Source: Octopus vulgaris
Taxonomy: Eukaryota
Assembly: GCA_951406725.2 (NCBI GenBank)
Contig: OX597816.1
Span: 106,640,001-106,704,000, forward strand
Reading direction: 5' to 3'
Length of the DNA: 64,000 nucleotides
In this document: piece after piece, positions 37,450 through 51,817 of the stretch
Layout: every line of letters starts with the position of its first letter
How positions within the stretch are numbered: the stretch's first letter is position 1
Position numbers and translations under genes: made by a program
Notes under the pieces: generated by a model
Database searches by the model: none
What the model saw: the letters and a program-made list of their open reading frames with translations, nothing else
Told to the model about the DNA's origin: nothing

Positions 37450-39990
37450 CAATAGCAACAACAATAACAAGTGACCAAATAAAAATCATATTATCGTTTG
37501 CTTGCGTAGCGAGTCGATGGACGTCCTATTCGCTGGAAGTAAAAGCAAAAACGTCAGACATCTCAGAGTGATGAAATTTCTAACTGAAGAGATGAGCAAC
37601 ACCCAAACCGTGCTATCACCTACAAATGCGTTAGTCATAGAGAGCGGAAGTTTCAGTATATGACTTTAGTACAAATCAAAATAAGATATCGCTTTGCAGT
37701 CGAGTATGTAACGCGAGAGAGAGAGCGCGAAACGATAATAACCGACTGCAACAGTAAGCGGGAAATTCAAACAGTGGCCACAACCACATGTACGTCTGAG
37801 GAATTTGTGATAATCCCCTTTTGTAGGTGGCAGTCAACAACATGCTGCCCCAAGCGGACATAGCCCGAGAATCACAATGGCAGAATAACACAAGGAAGCC
37901 ATAGGATTTAAAGTTTGTTTGTAGTAGAACTGAGCAGAAACTAGAGGTATTGAGACGAATCCCGCGAGAAGTGGTTCACTGAAAAGCTTTGTCGACATAT
38001 ATGGATGATGTACTCATAGTAGTGTCTGACCAGCGAAAGTCGACAACGGAAGATCGCACCGTACTAAGGGAACATGAGTCGGTGACAGACGCAAAAAAAA
38101 AAATAATAATAATCTGGAGAAGTCGCTGTGCTTTACAACTCGAGATTTAGAGAGGAACTGGACTGACTGATCAATTAAGTTTGATGTTTGGTTTGTTCCC
38201 AACTTGTAGGTGGATAAAAATTGGAAAGACTTTAATTAACAGGATAACTGATCACACCCAGAATTGGGCCGGGAGGGAACTATTCACGAAAATTCAAGCA
38301 AAGGTAGCATCGTGCCTTGCCCCAGTTTTCGTTTAACCAGAACGGAACTGTAGAACAACTGACTCTAGCAGAATTGGATCTTGCATTGTGCCTGTGAAGC
38401 AAAAGAAAATTTGGTTTATTTTGCAAAAAGAAAACAGAAAGAAAACGAAAAAAATCTAAATTATTCGAGAGTACCCTTGAGTTGAAGAAATTTTAAAAAA
38501 TATTTGATACATTTTTATATTTGGAAAAACATTATTTACTTGTGCTCTCAATTATCCTGGGAATATTATTTAGGTTATTCTGGTAAAGCGAGATGGATTA
38601 TTGCTGGCCGCAAATATGATAGCAATAAAGCGTCCCTCACTTCCCCAGATCTAAAAATGAAACAGAAAAAAAAACAAACAAAAAATATATCTGGGCAGAC
38701 GAACAGCTTTGAACACAGATATTTGCACTTTTACAAATACAAATGAAATAAGTATCGCTAGCACGAAATTAAAGAAATATGGACAGCTTTGCTGGCAATG
38801 TGAACTAAAGAGAAACGCTGGGCACTGCTCGGTTTCAACTAAAGAAAAAAAGCAATGGGAGAGATACGTTCTTACGGAAAGAGCAAGAAGGAAAGTGACT
38901 CACAAAGTTTTCCCAAAAACTTAGAGGTGTTCTCAAATGGGTTGGGAGAAATTCTGGCTTATGTGCTGCATGATATGTACACCAACGGTCGGGAAGGGCA
39001 TGTGTGAGGGTATGTCTAATTTTAAAACCGAGGGCGAATGGCGGAGTTATTGTTTCACACATCTACCTTCAATCTGCTGCTGCAATAAACAAGGGAAGGA
39101 AACAAGGACGACGGCGAGAGATAATACGGATTCTGATTGGTTCTTTGTCAAGGTTGCAGGACAGTACGTACAGGCGGTGAGCACAGAGATGATATATAAT
39201 AACATGTGGCCACATGGTGGTCTATGGTTACACAGTATTTCATGACCCTCGAAGGCTATCTCGAAGCTGTAACCCACCATACGAGCAAAAAGAGAGGTAA
39301 TCAAACCGAAGTTACAAGCTAGAAATCCCTATTGTAATATGTGAGCCACCTTAGGGCTTTCTGTCCCGAAGAATTAGAAAAGTGGGGAAAGAAAGACGGC
39401 GGTGAACAACAGCAGAGACAACAACATTAACAAGCCCTGGATGGAAATTGTTGTTTCTAGAGTTCTACCATTCGCAACTCCAAAGATATCAAAAGAAATC
39501 ATCTTATTTGCCAGGATCTGACCAGAAAAATGTTGAGAAGCCACTGCTTCAGCATAGATCTGGTCAGAGACCACGGCTTGTAGGAAACAGAAGGTTGTGA
39601 AGAATGGTAAAATGTTGCGGAAAACGTAAAAAAAAAAAAAGAAAGAAAGACAGGAAACAAGTAAAATGCAGGTACAAACTGAAGGTAAGCAGCATGCAAG
39701 AAGGGGATCCCTAACCACTGAGAATACATAGAAGCTTTTCAAGTTGCGAACATGGATCTGATTTATATGTTGAATGACTGGCAAGAAGACTTGCTGTTCG
39801 AGAATGAGATAGGGTCAAATTTTAAAGAACTATGCTATCTATGTATCAACAGCTAAAGTGTAGTTACCAAGAAGTGGGAAGATTTTCGCCTAACCCAAAA
39901 TCAAAGCTGTTCAAAGGCTCTTTAGGAAATGCCAGTTACTAGCACCACGAGTAGAAGGCGATCAGAGTTAGTCGTGGGATACACTGATGT
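37450..39990 (+). mobile_element. Highly decayed Tx1/L1-clade LINE ORF2
   Basis: TYMDDVLIVV, LREHESVTDAK..EKS, FDVWFVPNL*VDKNW..QNWAGREL in the expected order. Confidence 0.5.
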
Positions 39991-40576
39991 CGCGTAGGTG
40001 TTGACTTCTCCCCCGTACGTACATGAATTGTCTTTCTTTGTTATATGTGAGCGCGCGCGTTAACATATATATATATATATAACTTTATATGTACAGCTCC
40101 ACGTATCTTGTAATTCTTTCATAACAGGTTATTAAGAATGTATGTGTTACGAAGAACACTGATATCTGTTTGAGATTTTTGATAAACATACTATTTAGTC
40201 TTTTCGTAAAGAAAAAAGTAAAAAAAGTCTTTACTATGAACAACAAAACATCGAGAGATTGATTCTTGGATTGGTGTGATTGTAACAGCAGTCAAAATGT
40301 TAGCTGGTCCATGTGTTACTGTCGCCGTTGGTCTATTATGGTTAGCTGTTTGTTATACTTCTGTCTTCTGATAATTCCTGTTTGCCGGCTGTTCATTGCT
40401 TTTATGTTGATCCGCTGTCTGTTTACTGAGCTAAATATATAGCGATGGTTTGGCTCAGAAAGAAGCGTGCCTAAGATGAAATTGTTGTAGGCCAGATTTT
40501 TTTAATGACGCAATTAATATTCTAGTGAATCGCGACACCAAATATAGTGATTTGATTGTTAAATATTCCATATTGG

Positions 40577-40625
<49 letters not shown>

Positions 40626-40669
40626 CACTCTTGTAAGTAAACTAATAAATGGCTATCATCATCATTATG

Positions 40670-41060
40670 AAGGCGGTGAGCTGACAGAATCGTTAGCACG
40701 CCGGACAAGATGCTTAGTGGCACTTCTAACTTTACGTTCTAAGTTCAAATGCCGCCGAAGTCGACTTTGACTTTCGAGGTCGATAAAATAAGTACCAGTT
40801 GCGCACTGAGGTCTATGTGAATGACTTACTCTCCCCTTCAAAATTTCAGTAGAACGAATTATTATTACGCCGGGCAAAATATTCAGCGCCATTTCTTCCG
40901 TCTTTACGTTCTGAGTTCAAATTCCGCAGAGATTGATTTTACTTTTCATTCTTTCGGGATCGATAAAATAAGTATCAGTTGAGAACTGGGGTCGATGTTA
41001 TCAATTTATCCCCTCCCCTGAATTTGCTGGCCTTGTGCCAAAATTTGAAATTGTTGTTGT

Positions 41061-41107
<47 letters not shown>

Positions 41108-41640
41108 ACAGTAGTAGTATAAAGCAGTCAAGTACTGGGGCCAATGTGATCGACTTGCAACCCCATTCAAAATTGCTAGCTTTATGCCAAAATTAGAATT
41201 ATTATTATTATCATTGTTGTTGTTGTTAAAGAGCATTTAGTTCCTTTGCATATTTGCTTCCGTTCTGATTTCAAATTCCACCGAATTCGACTTTGATTCT
41301 TTACTTGTCCGGGGTCGATACAATATAAATACCAGTTAAACACTGAGCTCCATTAAATAAATTATACTAAACACATTCATATAAAATTGTGGTGTTTTCT
41401 CGGGGTATGAAACCATTATTAATACTTATAGGTAAAGCGAGGGATACCAGATACGGTAGAGTGCCTTGGTGTAGTTAACCACGCCTCCTTACGTTCTGAA
41501 TTAAACTCCCACCACTGTTGCCTTTGCCTTTTATTCTACACCGATCGATAAATTAAGTACCAGACTAGTCAAGTATTTTTTGTCGATTTGATCGAACATG
41601 CTCTCTCCCACCAAAACGTATGGCCTTGCGCCTTGCATCA
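40670..41640 (+). mobile_element. SINE family B tandem cluster, plus orientation
   Basis: Head GGCGGTGAGCTGACAGAATCGTTAGC; B box GTTCAAAT; two clear and 2-3 decayed units. Confidence 0.75.
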
Positions 41641-42459
41641 GCGTTAAAAATCAATATTATTAACGCATTGTTATGGCAGATTGCCTGACTAAAGCCCTTT
41701 CAGTATTTAGTTCCGTCAAATGTGAATGTACGATGGAGTAAATGTATTGTATTCAATAGTAAAAGTTTTCGCCATCACAGCACTGTAATCTAATAGACTG
41801 GATAAATATAAACATATGTCTTTTCAGCATTTTCTTTGAAGATTTATCGCAAGTAGGACAGAAATCGGTCAGATCGATCCCCTTTTTCTGCCCACGAAGT
41901 GACTGGAACAAAAACAACATTTGTTTATATTCGTCTAGTGTGTATGATCACACGCAGCAGTAACAGTTTAAACTTGTAGAGTTTATATAGCATATACGCT
42001 ATTGTACATTTCCATTATCCTTAGACATGTTTCTTAGCTCAATAATTACTCCATTTTCCGGTTGAGGACGGTCCGACCTCGAAGCCACACCTAAATTTTA
42101 ACTTGAAATTTTGGAGAAAGAAAAAAAAAAACAAACGTAAAAACATACTTTTATATAGTTTATTGAAATGTTTTGTTAGTGCCTAAGCGACATGTAAATC
42201 CGGGTGATCACTAATAAGAAAAACGGAATTGTTTTTCTTATTAATCTTACAGTATGGAGACATGAGTAAGCCTCACCTGGGGCTCCTGTGTCAAAATTGC
42301 ATTATGAGAAATATAACCTTCGTCTTCTTGGACGCACAGTAAATTTTCGAGATGTACGTTAGGGAGGAAAAATAGTCTCCTCGGACCAGGAAATATAGTA
42401 ATTAGTAAAATTAACAACAAGCAAAGTGCTATCTATTTAAAATGTTCGAGTTCAATGAT

Positions 42460-42562
42460 GGGTTGGGTTAGGGTTAGAGTTAGGGTAATAGTCAGGGTTA
42501 GGGTTAAAGTTAGGGTTGGGTTAGGGTTGGGTTAGGGTTAGGGTTAGAGTTAGGGTTAGGGG
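42460..42562 (+). repeat. Interstitial telomeric (TTAGGG)n-like array
   Basis: About 17 TTAGGG/TTGGG/TTAGAG units. Confidence 0.9.
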
Positions 42563-42764
42563 TGGGGGGAAGGGTATCTTTTTTTTCTTCAGAATTGTAA
42601 ATAAACCCAATCTGTTTCTTAAACGAATATATATGTTATGTGTGTATCTGTGCAACAGAGAGGGAAATTAAAACTGCATATGTTGTGAACTTAGAATATG
42701 TGTTTATTAATAAAAGTTTAATAACGATAATCTTTTATTCATACGAACGTAACTGATATGAAAT

Positions 42765-43044
42765 ATGTCATAAATAACAGTGACAAATTCATATGGCACC
42801 GCAAATAATTGTTGTTGACAAAGATCCGGAGAGATTGTATTTACCTCAATAGACGTCATTGATTGGTTGAAACTGCCGAAATGCAAAAAATTAAACAAGA
42901 AATAGCTTATAAACTACAGAATTTTCTCAAGAAAGCCAAGAGAAAAAGATGTTTTATGTAACACACTACCAGTATACAAAGTCTAAAAGTGTTTAGTTAC
43001 AAAGAAATTATTTTAAAAATTTGCCGGTCAAAGCGAAAATATCC
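42765..43044. mobile_element. Single diverged arm of the 24520 foldback family
   Basis: ATGTCATAAATAACAGTGACAAA..CGTCATTGATTGGTTGAAA..GTGTTTAGTTACAAA..ATCC colinear with about 24875-25156. Confidence 0.85.
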
Positions 43045-43184
43045 TTCTTGTGCTATGTCACAGCTTAATGGCAAGCGCGTGAGCTGATGACATGATGGAC
43101 GCCTGCCACTGAAGAAACGCACTAGGTTGAAATCACATGATCAGGTAGTTTCGGCACCCATACCGGACGATTGTCGTCTGCTAC

Positions 43185-43229
<45 letters not shown>

Positions 43230-43237
<8 letters not shown>

Positions 43238-43585
43238 ACCTGTTTCAGTCATTTAACTGTGGCCATGCTGGAGCACTACCTTTAGTCGAACAAATCGACC
43301 CCAGGACTTATTCTTTGTAAGCCTATTACTTATTCTATGGTCACTTTTGCCGATCCGCTAAGTTACGGGGACGTAAACACACCAACATCGGTTTCAAGCG
43401 ATGGTGGGGAGACAAACACAGACACGACGGGCTTCTTCCAGTTTTCCGCCAACCAAATCCACTCACAAGGGTTTGGTCGGCCCGAGGATATAGTAGAAGA
43501 CACTTTTCCCAAGGTGCCATGCAGTGGGGCTGAACCCGGAATCATGAGGTTGAGAAGCAAGCTTCTTACTGCACAGCCACTCCTT
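43230..43585 (-). mobile_element. SINE family A lacking the expanded internal microsatellite
   Basis: Homology to 15870-16278. Confidence 0.85.
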
Positions 43586-44070
43586 TTTTTTTCTTCCAGT
43601 AATACATGGAGGATAATTCAGTCCATAGAGAATCCTACAACAATAATGATGAACCATGAAGAATCCTCAACAACCCATAAAGGAGTATCCACGAGGTCAC
43701 TCAACCAGCAAGCAATAGTAGCTAAAATCCCTCTCAAGTCACACTCCCTACCGTATTAAAAAGAAGAAAAAAAAGGGCACAAGATAATATAATGAAGGAT
43801 TACATTCTGAAAAACAACAAAAAGAGAGGAACGATCATGGCAGAAATGTATTTGATCATCAGTCTGCTCGGTCAGAGCCGACTTGGAGCTACAGAACAAT
43901 GAATTTATTGCAATCTTGCTGCCTTGTTACAATCATTATTTTCATTCTTTATCATTGAAATTGAGTACAACTGACAAAAATTGACTTTTAAAGTGATTAA
44001 AAACTTCATTGTGGTTGTTCATTCTGTTTCATTACATCTTGGTTGAAACATTTAAGGACGAGCTTTTCAA

Positions 44071-44129
<59 letters not shown>

Positions 44130-44226
44130 TACTATAAACAACAGCAGTTCTATGCTTGGATTGACAAAGACATCAGATTGATATAAAGTGATGTAAACAC
44201 TATAGAGAAAGAGAGGGGGAAGAGAG

Positions 44227-44276
<50 letters not shown>

Positions 44277-44504
44277 TGGCACTTATCGGAGAACTGAAAA
44301 TTAGAAAAGAGACTAAAACTTTTAAACATTCACACACATCATACATACCAACATATACACATATATATCAATGCCAGCAATGGCTATGTCAATATATAAG
44401 TGAATATATGTATTAATAAGCGAGACACATATACATACCTACATAAACACACACACATACATATACATACACGCATATATATATAGATATTATACTTGTA
44501 TATG

Positions 44505-44535
<31 letters not shown>

Positions 44536-44657
44536 GGAGGTTCTATGACATAGATGCATATACACTTGTATAGATATATCCATACATTTTTACATATAGA
44601 TGCATACACTTATATGCACACATGTCTATATGTATGTCTGTGTATATACATATATAC

Positions 44658-44713
<56 letters not shown>

Positions 44714-44788
44714 TTACATACATATATATTTACACACACTTATATGCATATGTATATATCAATATATACACATATAAATATAACAAAT

Positions 44789-44830
<42 letters not shown>

Positions 44831-45603
44831 AACACAATGTGGTGGAAAGTTGCAAGGAGAGTACGTTGGCTATATTGTAGAAGACGATTTTAATACGAGA
44901 CATTAGTTGTAACTATGGTAGGAGATAAGACCTATAATAATAATAATCATAACAACACAACTAAAAAAAAAGAAAAAAAACCGAAAGGACAAACATACCA
45001 TAAGAAACAAACAAAAAGAAACTAGCTACTTCTACGAAAGAGGTAGATTGTAATTTTAAAACATCAAAACAAAATACATCACGATGCGAGCAATCTCATT
45101 TAAAAGCGTTTCATCTTACGTTTTAATTTTTTTGCTTTTTTTTTTCCTTCAACTATCATTGAAGGAGAAAAGGAAAGCAACGAGAAAAATAAGCAATATC
45201 AGAAGCAAAAGATGAAATACGAAGAAAGACTGGCTATAAAAATGCAATATTCAAGCAGTCTTTTAGATAACAAAGAACTACTTCCTTGAAACAGATCGAT
45301 TCAACCGCACTCAACGTATTAAAAAGATGGACACGGGAAAAATTTCTTTCTGCTATTTATAGTTCTTTTGAAATCAATGATTTTATAAAACAGCCGAAAC
45401 GATGTGGCCGTCTCTCAAGGGTCTCGTTTTCTCTGTGTTTATTTATTTATGTGTTTATATATATTTATTTGAATATTCGAATCGAAATGGAGAACAAGTT
45501 ATTGTATATATAATATTATCAATTATTTATTTATTGACAGCCATCACCAGAACCTTATAGAAGCTTCAACTTCTAAGGAATACATACATATATACATAAA
45601 TAA

Positions 45604-45990
45604 ATGTATGTATGTATGTATGTATGTATGTATGTATGTATGTATGTATGTATGTATGTATGTATGTATGTATGTATGTATGTATGTATGTATGTATGTA
45701 TGTATGTATGTGTGTATGTATGTATGTATGTATGTATGTATGTATGTATGTATGTATGTATGTATGTATGTATGTATGTATGTATGTATGTATGTATGTA
45801 TGTATGTATGTATGTATGTATGTATGTATGTATGTATGTATGTATGTATGTATGTATGTATGTATGTATGTATGTATGTATGTATGTATGTATGTATGTA
45901 TGTATGTATGTATGTATGTATGTATGTATGTATGTATGTATGTATGTATGTATGTATGTATGTATGTATGTATGTATGTATGTATGTATG
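45604..45990. repeat. (TATG)n tetranucleotide array, ~390 bp, nearly pure
   Basis: Directly visible; one TGTG interruption near 45710. Confidence 0.98.
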
Positions 45991-46199
45991 CATACATACA
46001 CACACACACACATATATATATATATATGCAAATGCATACGTATATAAATGACAAGAAACACAAATACTTGCATACACATACTCATAGACAAAAATATACA
46101 CGTATATATCAAAGAAAACGGAATATGGGTGTGTGTATATATATAATAAATACACACACACATATACATGAATATATATATATATACAAACATTATAGA

Positions 46200-46373
46200 C
46201 ACATATCCATATACATGCATACACACATCCATATATATGCATACACACACATATCCACATACATGCATGCACACACATTTCCATATACATACATACACAC
46301 ATACATATACATGCATATACATATATCAATACATATATAAATATATCCCTACATATATACATATATACATACA

Positions 46374-46409
<36 letters not shown>

Positions 46410-47020
46410 TATATCCATCCATACATATATATATATATATCCATATATACATAAATATATATATATATCCATATATACATAAATATATATATATATCCAT
46501 ATATACATAAATATATATATATATCCATATATACAAAAATATATGTATATATCCATATATACATAAATATATATCCATATATATATATATATCCATATAT
46601 CTCTATCCACACACACACACACATATATATATACTTATGTATCCATACATATATATCCATACATATATATATATATATACATATATATCCATACATACAT
46701 ACATATATCCATACATACATACATCCATACATACATACATATATCCATCCATACATACATACATATATCCATCCATACATACATACATATATCCATACAT
46801 ACATACATATATCCATACATACATACATACATACATACATATACATATATATATACATATATATACATACACATATATATCCATACACATACATACATAT
46901 ATATCCATACATATCCATACATACACATATATACATATATATATCCATACATACTTATATATACATATATATCCATACATTCATATATATACATATATAT
47001 CCATACATACGTATATATAA
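46200..47020. repeat. Microsatellite-derived minisatellite (ATCCAT-punctuated TA/CATA units)
   Basis: CCATATATACATAAATATATATATAT and CCATACATACATACATATAT units. Confidence 0.85.
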
Positions 47021-47726
47021 TATATACACACTCCTCTAGGAAACGTATGATCCCTATCTAGTATACTTGAGGACATGGACTACATACACAAACATCCTTA
47101 TATCCATATATTTATGTGTTTGCCTATATATATAATCACACACACACACACACACACATATATATAGATATATATACATATACACCCTCTCAGCTCCCCA
47201 ACATGCACATAAACACACTAACCAAAAGAAGACTAGTGATCAGATGTGTTGAGTTTACAATAAAAATGATTACGTGTATGAGCAACGTCGTACATAATTG
47301 CATAGAAGCGCTTTATATGCAGACCATACCTTATGCACACACACCTTTCTATGTGCGTTTGTGTGTGTATGTATCTGCATATATATGTATATGTAACCCA
47401 ACACTGGTATAGATGTGTGACAGTGTTTATGCATGCATGTACGTAAACATCATGCACTAGAGAACGTGTACGCTAGCATGTTTGCGTTGTTATTTGTTAA
47501 GAATAATCCCTTTGCTAGAATATAAAAGACGTTTGTTAACATAACTGACAAGCATCTCCCAATTCGAATATGGATAGAAAACCATGCTTACGAGTGTCTT
47601 TATATGTGCATTGTCATATATATTATGAAGTGCTCATATTCTGCTTTTGATATTTGGCTGTTTTTACTTGAAGGATTGCGTAATTGGTGAAATGACATCA
47701 ATGGCGAAGATTTAAAAGAATTATTC

Positions 47727-47871
47727 AGGCGCAGGAGTGGCGGTGTGGTAAGTTCTGGGATCAGTCCCACTTCGTAGCACCTTGGGCAAGTGTCTACTAC
47801 TATAGCCCCGGACCGACCAAACAAAGCCTTGTGAGTGGATTTTTTGTAGAGGCGAACTGAAAGAAGCCCGT

Positions 47872-47913
<42 letters not shown>

Positions 47914-47992
47914 CGCGCGCGTGTGTGTGCGTGTGTGTGTGTTTGTCTCCCCAATATCGCTTGACAACTGCTGGTGTGTTTACGTTCCCGCA
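47727..47992 (+). mobile_element. SINE family A truncated at the Penelope-like element
   Basis: Head GGCGCAGGAGTGGCGGTGTGGTAAG; homology ends after TTTACGTTCCCG. Confidence 0.8.
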
Positions 47993-50905
47993 ACAATAAC
48001 GACTTCACCAAAGGAGTCTTTAAAACTAGGAGAACACCCCCACCAAACAGCCACTTAGACATCTTTGGAAACGAAACATGGGATACCATCAAGAACCTAC
48101 AATTCAAACGACATCCACTAAGAAACAACAACTACCAAAATAACCTAAAAGACCTACTACAGAAGTTCAAATCACAAAACGAAATTATTGTTCACTCCGA
48201 TAAAACAAGGAACTCCTACACTCTGGATGTTAATTTATACCACCAGCTGCTACATAAGGAAGTTACAAAAAAAAATGCAAAATAGCACCGGATATCACCT
48301 TAAGATCCATGAACTTAGCAGCCAAGGATATTATGACAGACTACAACTTAGAGGACAAAACTGAATCCTTCGTTCTATTCAGATCTCGCATCACACTAAA
48401 AGATCATAAACCCAATTTTTTAACTGATACTAAAGTAAGATTGATATGCCGAAATAAGTCGGACCTATGTAAATTAAGTAAACTAATACTCGACAAATAC
48501 ATTCCTAAGTTAAAAAGTAGAATAGCCCTAGAACTATGGTCCAACACATATGAAGCCCTAAACTGGTTCTCCAATATACAGAACACGATGGAATACAAAT
48601 TCATACAGATAGACATAGTAGATTACTACTTCTCAATTAACCCGACGATCCTAAATAGCGCCCTTATACTCGCCAAAAATCACACGCATTTAACTATGAA
48701 GGAAATAAAAGTAATACTAGAAGCGAGGAAATCAGTTTTAATAAACATAGGGTACGAAAGGACTCCATCAACTCTTTTGATAACACCATGGGAGCCCCAG
48801 ATTCAGAACAGGCAACTGACCTGGTGGGCTATCATACATACAGGAAGAATCCTCAGAACTCAAGGGTGGATTATACAGGGACGATGCGCTTTTTATAATA
48901 AATAAACCCTCAAATAGGATACTAGAACTTATTAAGAAAAAAACTACAGAAATTCTTTAAAAGATTTGGAGTATCTACTTCTATAGAAAAGGAACACAAC
49001 TCCATTTACTACTTAGACGCAAACTGCAATTTAGCCACAGGACTCCACGAATCCTACAAGCACAACAAAAATAATAGCAATAGAAAAAAATGTTAAGTCC
49101 CATACATAAATCACCAATAATATTACAAACAACGACAACATGAATACCAACAATGTGATAATCAATAAAATTAACAACATCAACAAGACTAATAACACGA
49201 ATTATAAAAAATAAATTGAAAAATAATAATAGCTATAATAAGAATAATATAAACCTACACATGGATAAGAATCAAAATAAAGGGCCCCAAAGAACAAAGA
49301 TAAACCATGTTAAAAACCACAACACTAGGTCATTGAGTCCACATAAACCATACAGAAATAACCCTAATAAAACTGACAGAAGCAATAGTAAAGATAAACC
49401 CAACTATAGGAATAAACTTGATAGCCATAATTACAATTTCACACGCCTTACACGCAATGAGGGTGGTTTCTATACCAGATACAGCAATACTAAAAATAAA
49501 TGTAGTCCCTTTCGCCATGCACCTCAAAGCCAACATAGTTCGCTCATTAACGAAACTAATAGATAAACACTTAAACATAAATAATAAATATGCAGCAATA
49601 TTTAGGAATAAAATTAGCCCACAGCCTGACTAGTCACCTAGCTACCATCATAGCCTCGATTAATAAAAAAAGCTAGACACATTCTACGAAGCAAGGAAAA
49701 TTAGGAACAATAAATATAACCACCAATAGACTAATAGAACAAATCCCAGCACTAATGAAGCGCCTCCTAGTAACACAAAGACCAGAGTAGTAATAGCCCC
49801 CCCCCCCCCCCACAACACACGAACACAAATATACCTAATAATTTATGCGGCTGTAGAGATAGAAGTAAGTGCCAATTCTCTAATAGATGTAAGACTAAAA
49901 ACGTAGTTTACCAATATGATGTACACACAAATAACCGTATAAAATCCTATATAGGAACCACGAAAAACCAAATGATACTTAGGTACAACGCCAACCAATC
50001 TTCAGAAATAGGAGTAAGGCAAATTCAACAGGGCTTAGTAGCTATATCTGAGAGCTTAAGAACAAAAGATAGAATATAGATTAGAATGGCGCATACTCGC
50101 AAAACAACTTCTTACAACTCTCCAACAGCTGGTGCGATCTCTATTTAACCGAACGCCCGGAAATTCTAACGGCTAAACCACCTCTTCTTAATAGAAAATA
50201 TGAGAACATTATTTTTTGTCCACATATAAGCCCTTTTGTCTTTTCCAAGTATCAGTAAACCCGCTCGACCCTGTACAAACCCTACGGTAGCATCTTCATC
50301 TAAATAATCCCATTTAGCCGGGAACCACTTAAACTACTTACAAGCAAACATTCACCTCCCAACCCCCACTCGCTTTACACAATCATAATAACTTATTTTA
50401 CACCTACACAGGGCTCCCCTCATTACTACGAACTTTCGTACAACTTTAAGTCCAAAAGACACATAAATTCCTTACTCACACCGGACTGAGTAATCCGGAT
50501 AGTGTTAGCCCCCTTTTCACCATGAGTTAGAGTTAACTCCCTTTCTTTACACCGCCGGGGAAAATAAACACATGCAAAATATGCGCTTACTTAAACTTAG
50601 GACTACATATCAAAATAACCTCCATCTTACATCCACTTCGCAGCAGAATTATCAACTATGAAATCTACTATAATGTAAGACTCACCATTCTTTGTCTTTA
50701 TTCTCGTTACCAATGTATCCCTATGTCTTTCGCTCTTCTTACCTCTACATATGGCTATGCATTCTGATGACGTCTACCACTAAAACTGGTAAACAGAAAC
50801 GATCGCAAATGTACTATTACTACTACTTTTCTTCATTAATTAATTAAATTAATGGCTTACTAGCGCAAACGACCAACTTCTTCCTGTTATTTTTCCTCCA
50901 TTTTC
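47993..50905 (+). mobile_element. Penelope-like retroelement (RT plus C-terminal GIY-YIG), disrupted
   Basis: SDKTRN.Y, ITLKDHKPNF..RLI..KSDL..SK.ILD, FIQIDIVDYY, FDNTMGAPD, GGLYRDDAL; CGCR..C..RCKTKNVVYQ..SYIGTT from 49846. Confidence 0.9.
50758..50813 (+). ncRNA. Minimal type I hammerhead ribozyme motif with mutated cleavage triplet
   Basis: TGCATT-CTGATGA-(c)GTCTACCA ctaaaac TGGTAAAC(a)-GAAAC-GATC-GCA-AATGTA. Confidence 0.65.
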
Positions 50906-50925
50906 TTCTTACATATATATATATG

Positions 50926-51007
<82 letters not shown>

Positions 51008-51056
51008 ACACTGGTTTATTTTGAGTTTGCTAGTGTTAACAATACTCGCAAATAAA

Positions 51057-51330
51057 CTAAAAGAAATCTGTCATATATATATGTATATATCTGTGTGTTT
51101 GTGTTTGTGTGTGTGTGTGAGTTTGTGTCTGTCTCCCTATCACCGCTTGACAACCGGTATTGGTGTTATTACGCCCGAATAACTTAGCGGTTCGGCAAAA
51201 GGTACCGATATAAGTACTATGCTTCAAAAAAATAAAATAAAGTCCTGGGGCCGATTTGTTTGACCAAAACCCTTGAAGGCAGTGCTTCACCATGGCCGCA
51301 GTCGAATTACTGAACAAAAAAAAAAAAGAA
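51057..51330 (+). mobile_element. SINE family A 3' portion
   Basis: Homology to the other copies. Confidence 0.8.
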
Positions 51331-51741
51331 TAACATACACACATAGGTTTATACTTTAAATTATTGGGACCCTAGGATACGTAACACACTGCCTAAATAC
51401 CAATCCTGAGAAATTAGGCGTCTCAAAACCAGAAAGGAGAAAGCTAATTCGAAGACTACAGATCCAATCCATCACTGGAAGTGTAGAAATCTGTAGAACT
51501 TTCCAGAAGTTTATCATTTAAATATATATGAGCATGTCTAGATATGCAACTATATGCATGAGAGTACATACATAAAGCAAAACATACAAATATGCACATA
51601 TACATACATGCATGCATGCATGCATACATACCAACAAAAATACTCTGTGGTTTTTGTTGAAATTCCAATGAAGGTGCCTTGAATCTAGGTTAGAAACCGG
51701 CTCTTTATTGTCGAGAAATGTTTGAATAAAACTGAACAATG

Positions 51742-51774
<33 letters not shown>

Positions 51775-51786
51775 TACATACATACA

Positions 51787-51817
<31 letters not shown>

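Noticed and set aside
42460-42562. True telomere or chromosome-fusion site
   Set aside because: Short, degenerate, single orientation, and next to a transposon arm
43083-43140. CTGATGA..GAAAC hammerhead candidate
   Set aside because: Stems I and II do not pair in register
45544-47020. Long ORFs up to 350 aa (HTYI/MYVC repeats)
   Set aside because: Translations of stop-free microsatellites
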